From NCBI GenBank assembly GCA_037128175.1, contig JBAXWY010000027.1, positions 1 to 36,375 on the forward strand: DNA of 36,375 nucleotides, in the 5' to 3' direction. The notes under the pieces were generated by a model. It saw only the letters and a list, made by a program, of their open reading frames with translations. It had not been told where the DNA came from and ran no database searches. Shown here one piece after another: positions 36,323 to 36,375 of the stretch; the first letter of the stretch is position 1, and every line of letters begins with the position of its first letter. The translations under genes were made by a program, and so were the position numbers. The DNA comes from Methanothrix sp. (GTDB lineage Archaea > Halobacteriota > Methanosarcinia > Methanotrichales > Methanotrichaceae).

Positions 36323-36375
36323 GTGAAACGGCGGCGGCGCACCCGCGCAGCAAGCTGCGGGGCATCCAAGGCGCC
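36323..36375 (+). repeat. Repeat family A, third copy (cut by window end)
   Basis: GTGAAACGGCGGCGGCGCACCCGCGCAGCAAGCTGCGGGGCATCCAAGGCGCC; first 21 bp identical to the outer end of the right copy. Confidence 0.88.

Noticed and set aside
36171-36365. 64-aa ORF (also ORFs 35876-36097 and 33876-34100)
   Set aside because: They run through repeat or hairpin DNA; 36171-36320 might be a gene remnant but no family is recognisable.

Overview
Chromosomal segment of a methanogenic euryarchaeon. Gene content (mfnE-Zn finger-aEF1beta-tRNA-Ala, DGGGP synthase, AglJ, archaeal GluRS, DtdA, ATP-dependent ligase) fits Methanomicrobia; a Methanothrix-like host is an inference. Left end: toxin-antitoxin cluster with a decayed MNT-HEPN pair, an orphan DUF2281-type antitoxin and an intact AF2212-like/PIN pair. 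Next come two tandem radical SAM genes, a two-gene cell-surface operon (528 aa; 1451 aa with CWB2-like, glycoside-hydrolase-like and peptidase C25 modules), aglJ, a compositionally mosaic phosphomannomutase, purB and other housekeeping genes, then an ACT-hom-lig-hisD operon and pncA. The most unexplained structure is non-coding: (A) a ~162-bp hairpin-containing repeat present as an inverted pair exactly bracketing a 2.8-kb AT-rich two-gene cassette, with a third copy at the window end; (B) a dispersed CTCTGTG-unit repeat family (3 copies, one inside a ~205-bp foldback element); (C) a 46-bp imperfect direct repeat bracketing a second AT-rich cassette and coinciding with truncation of a secreted-protein pseudogene; (D) a 151-nt rod-like hairpin upstream of pncA. 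No transposase, integrase or CRISPR array is visible. All family calls come from motif recognition by eye; no searches were run.
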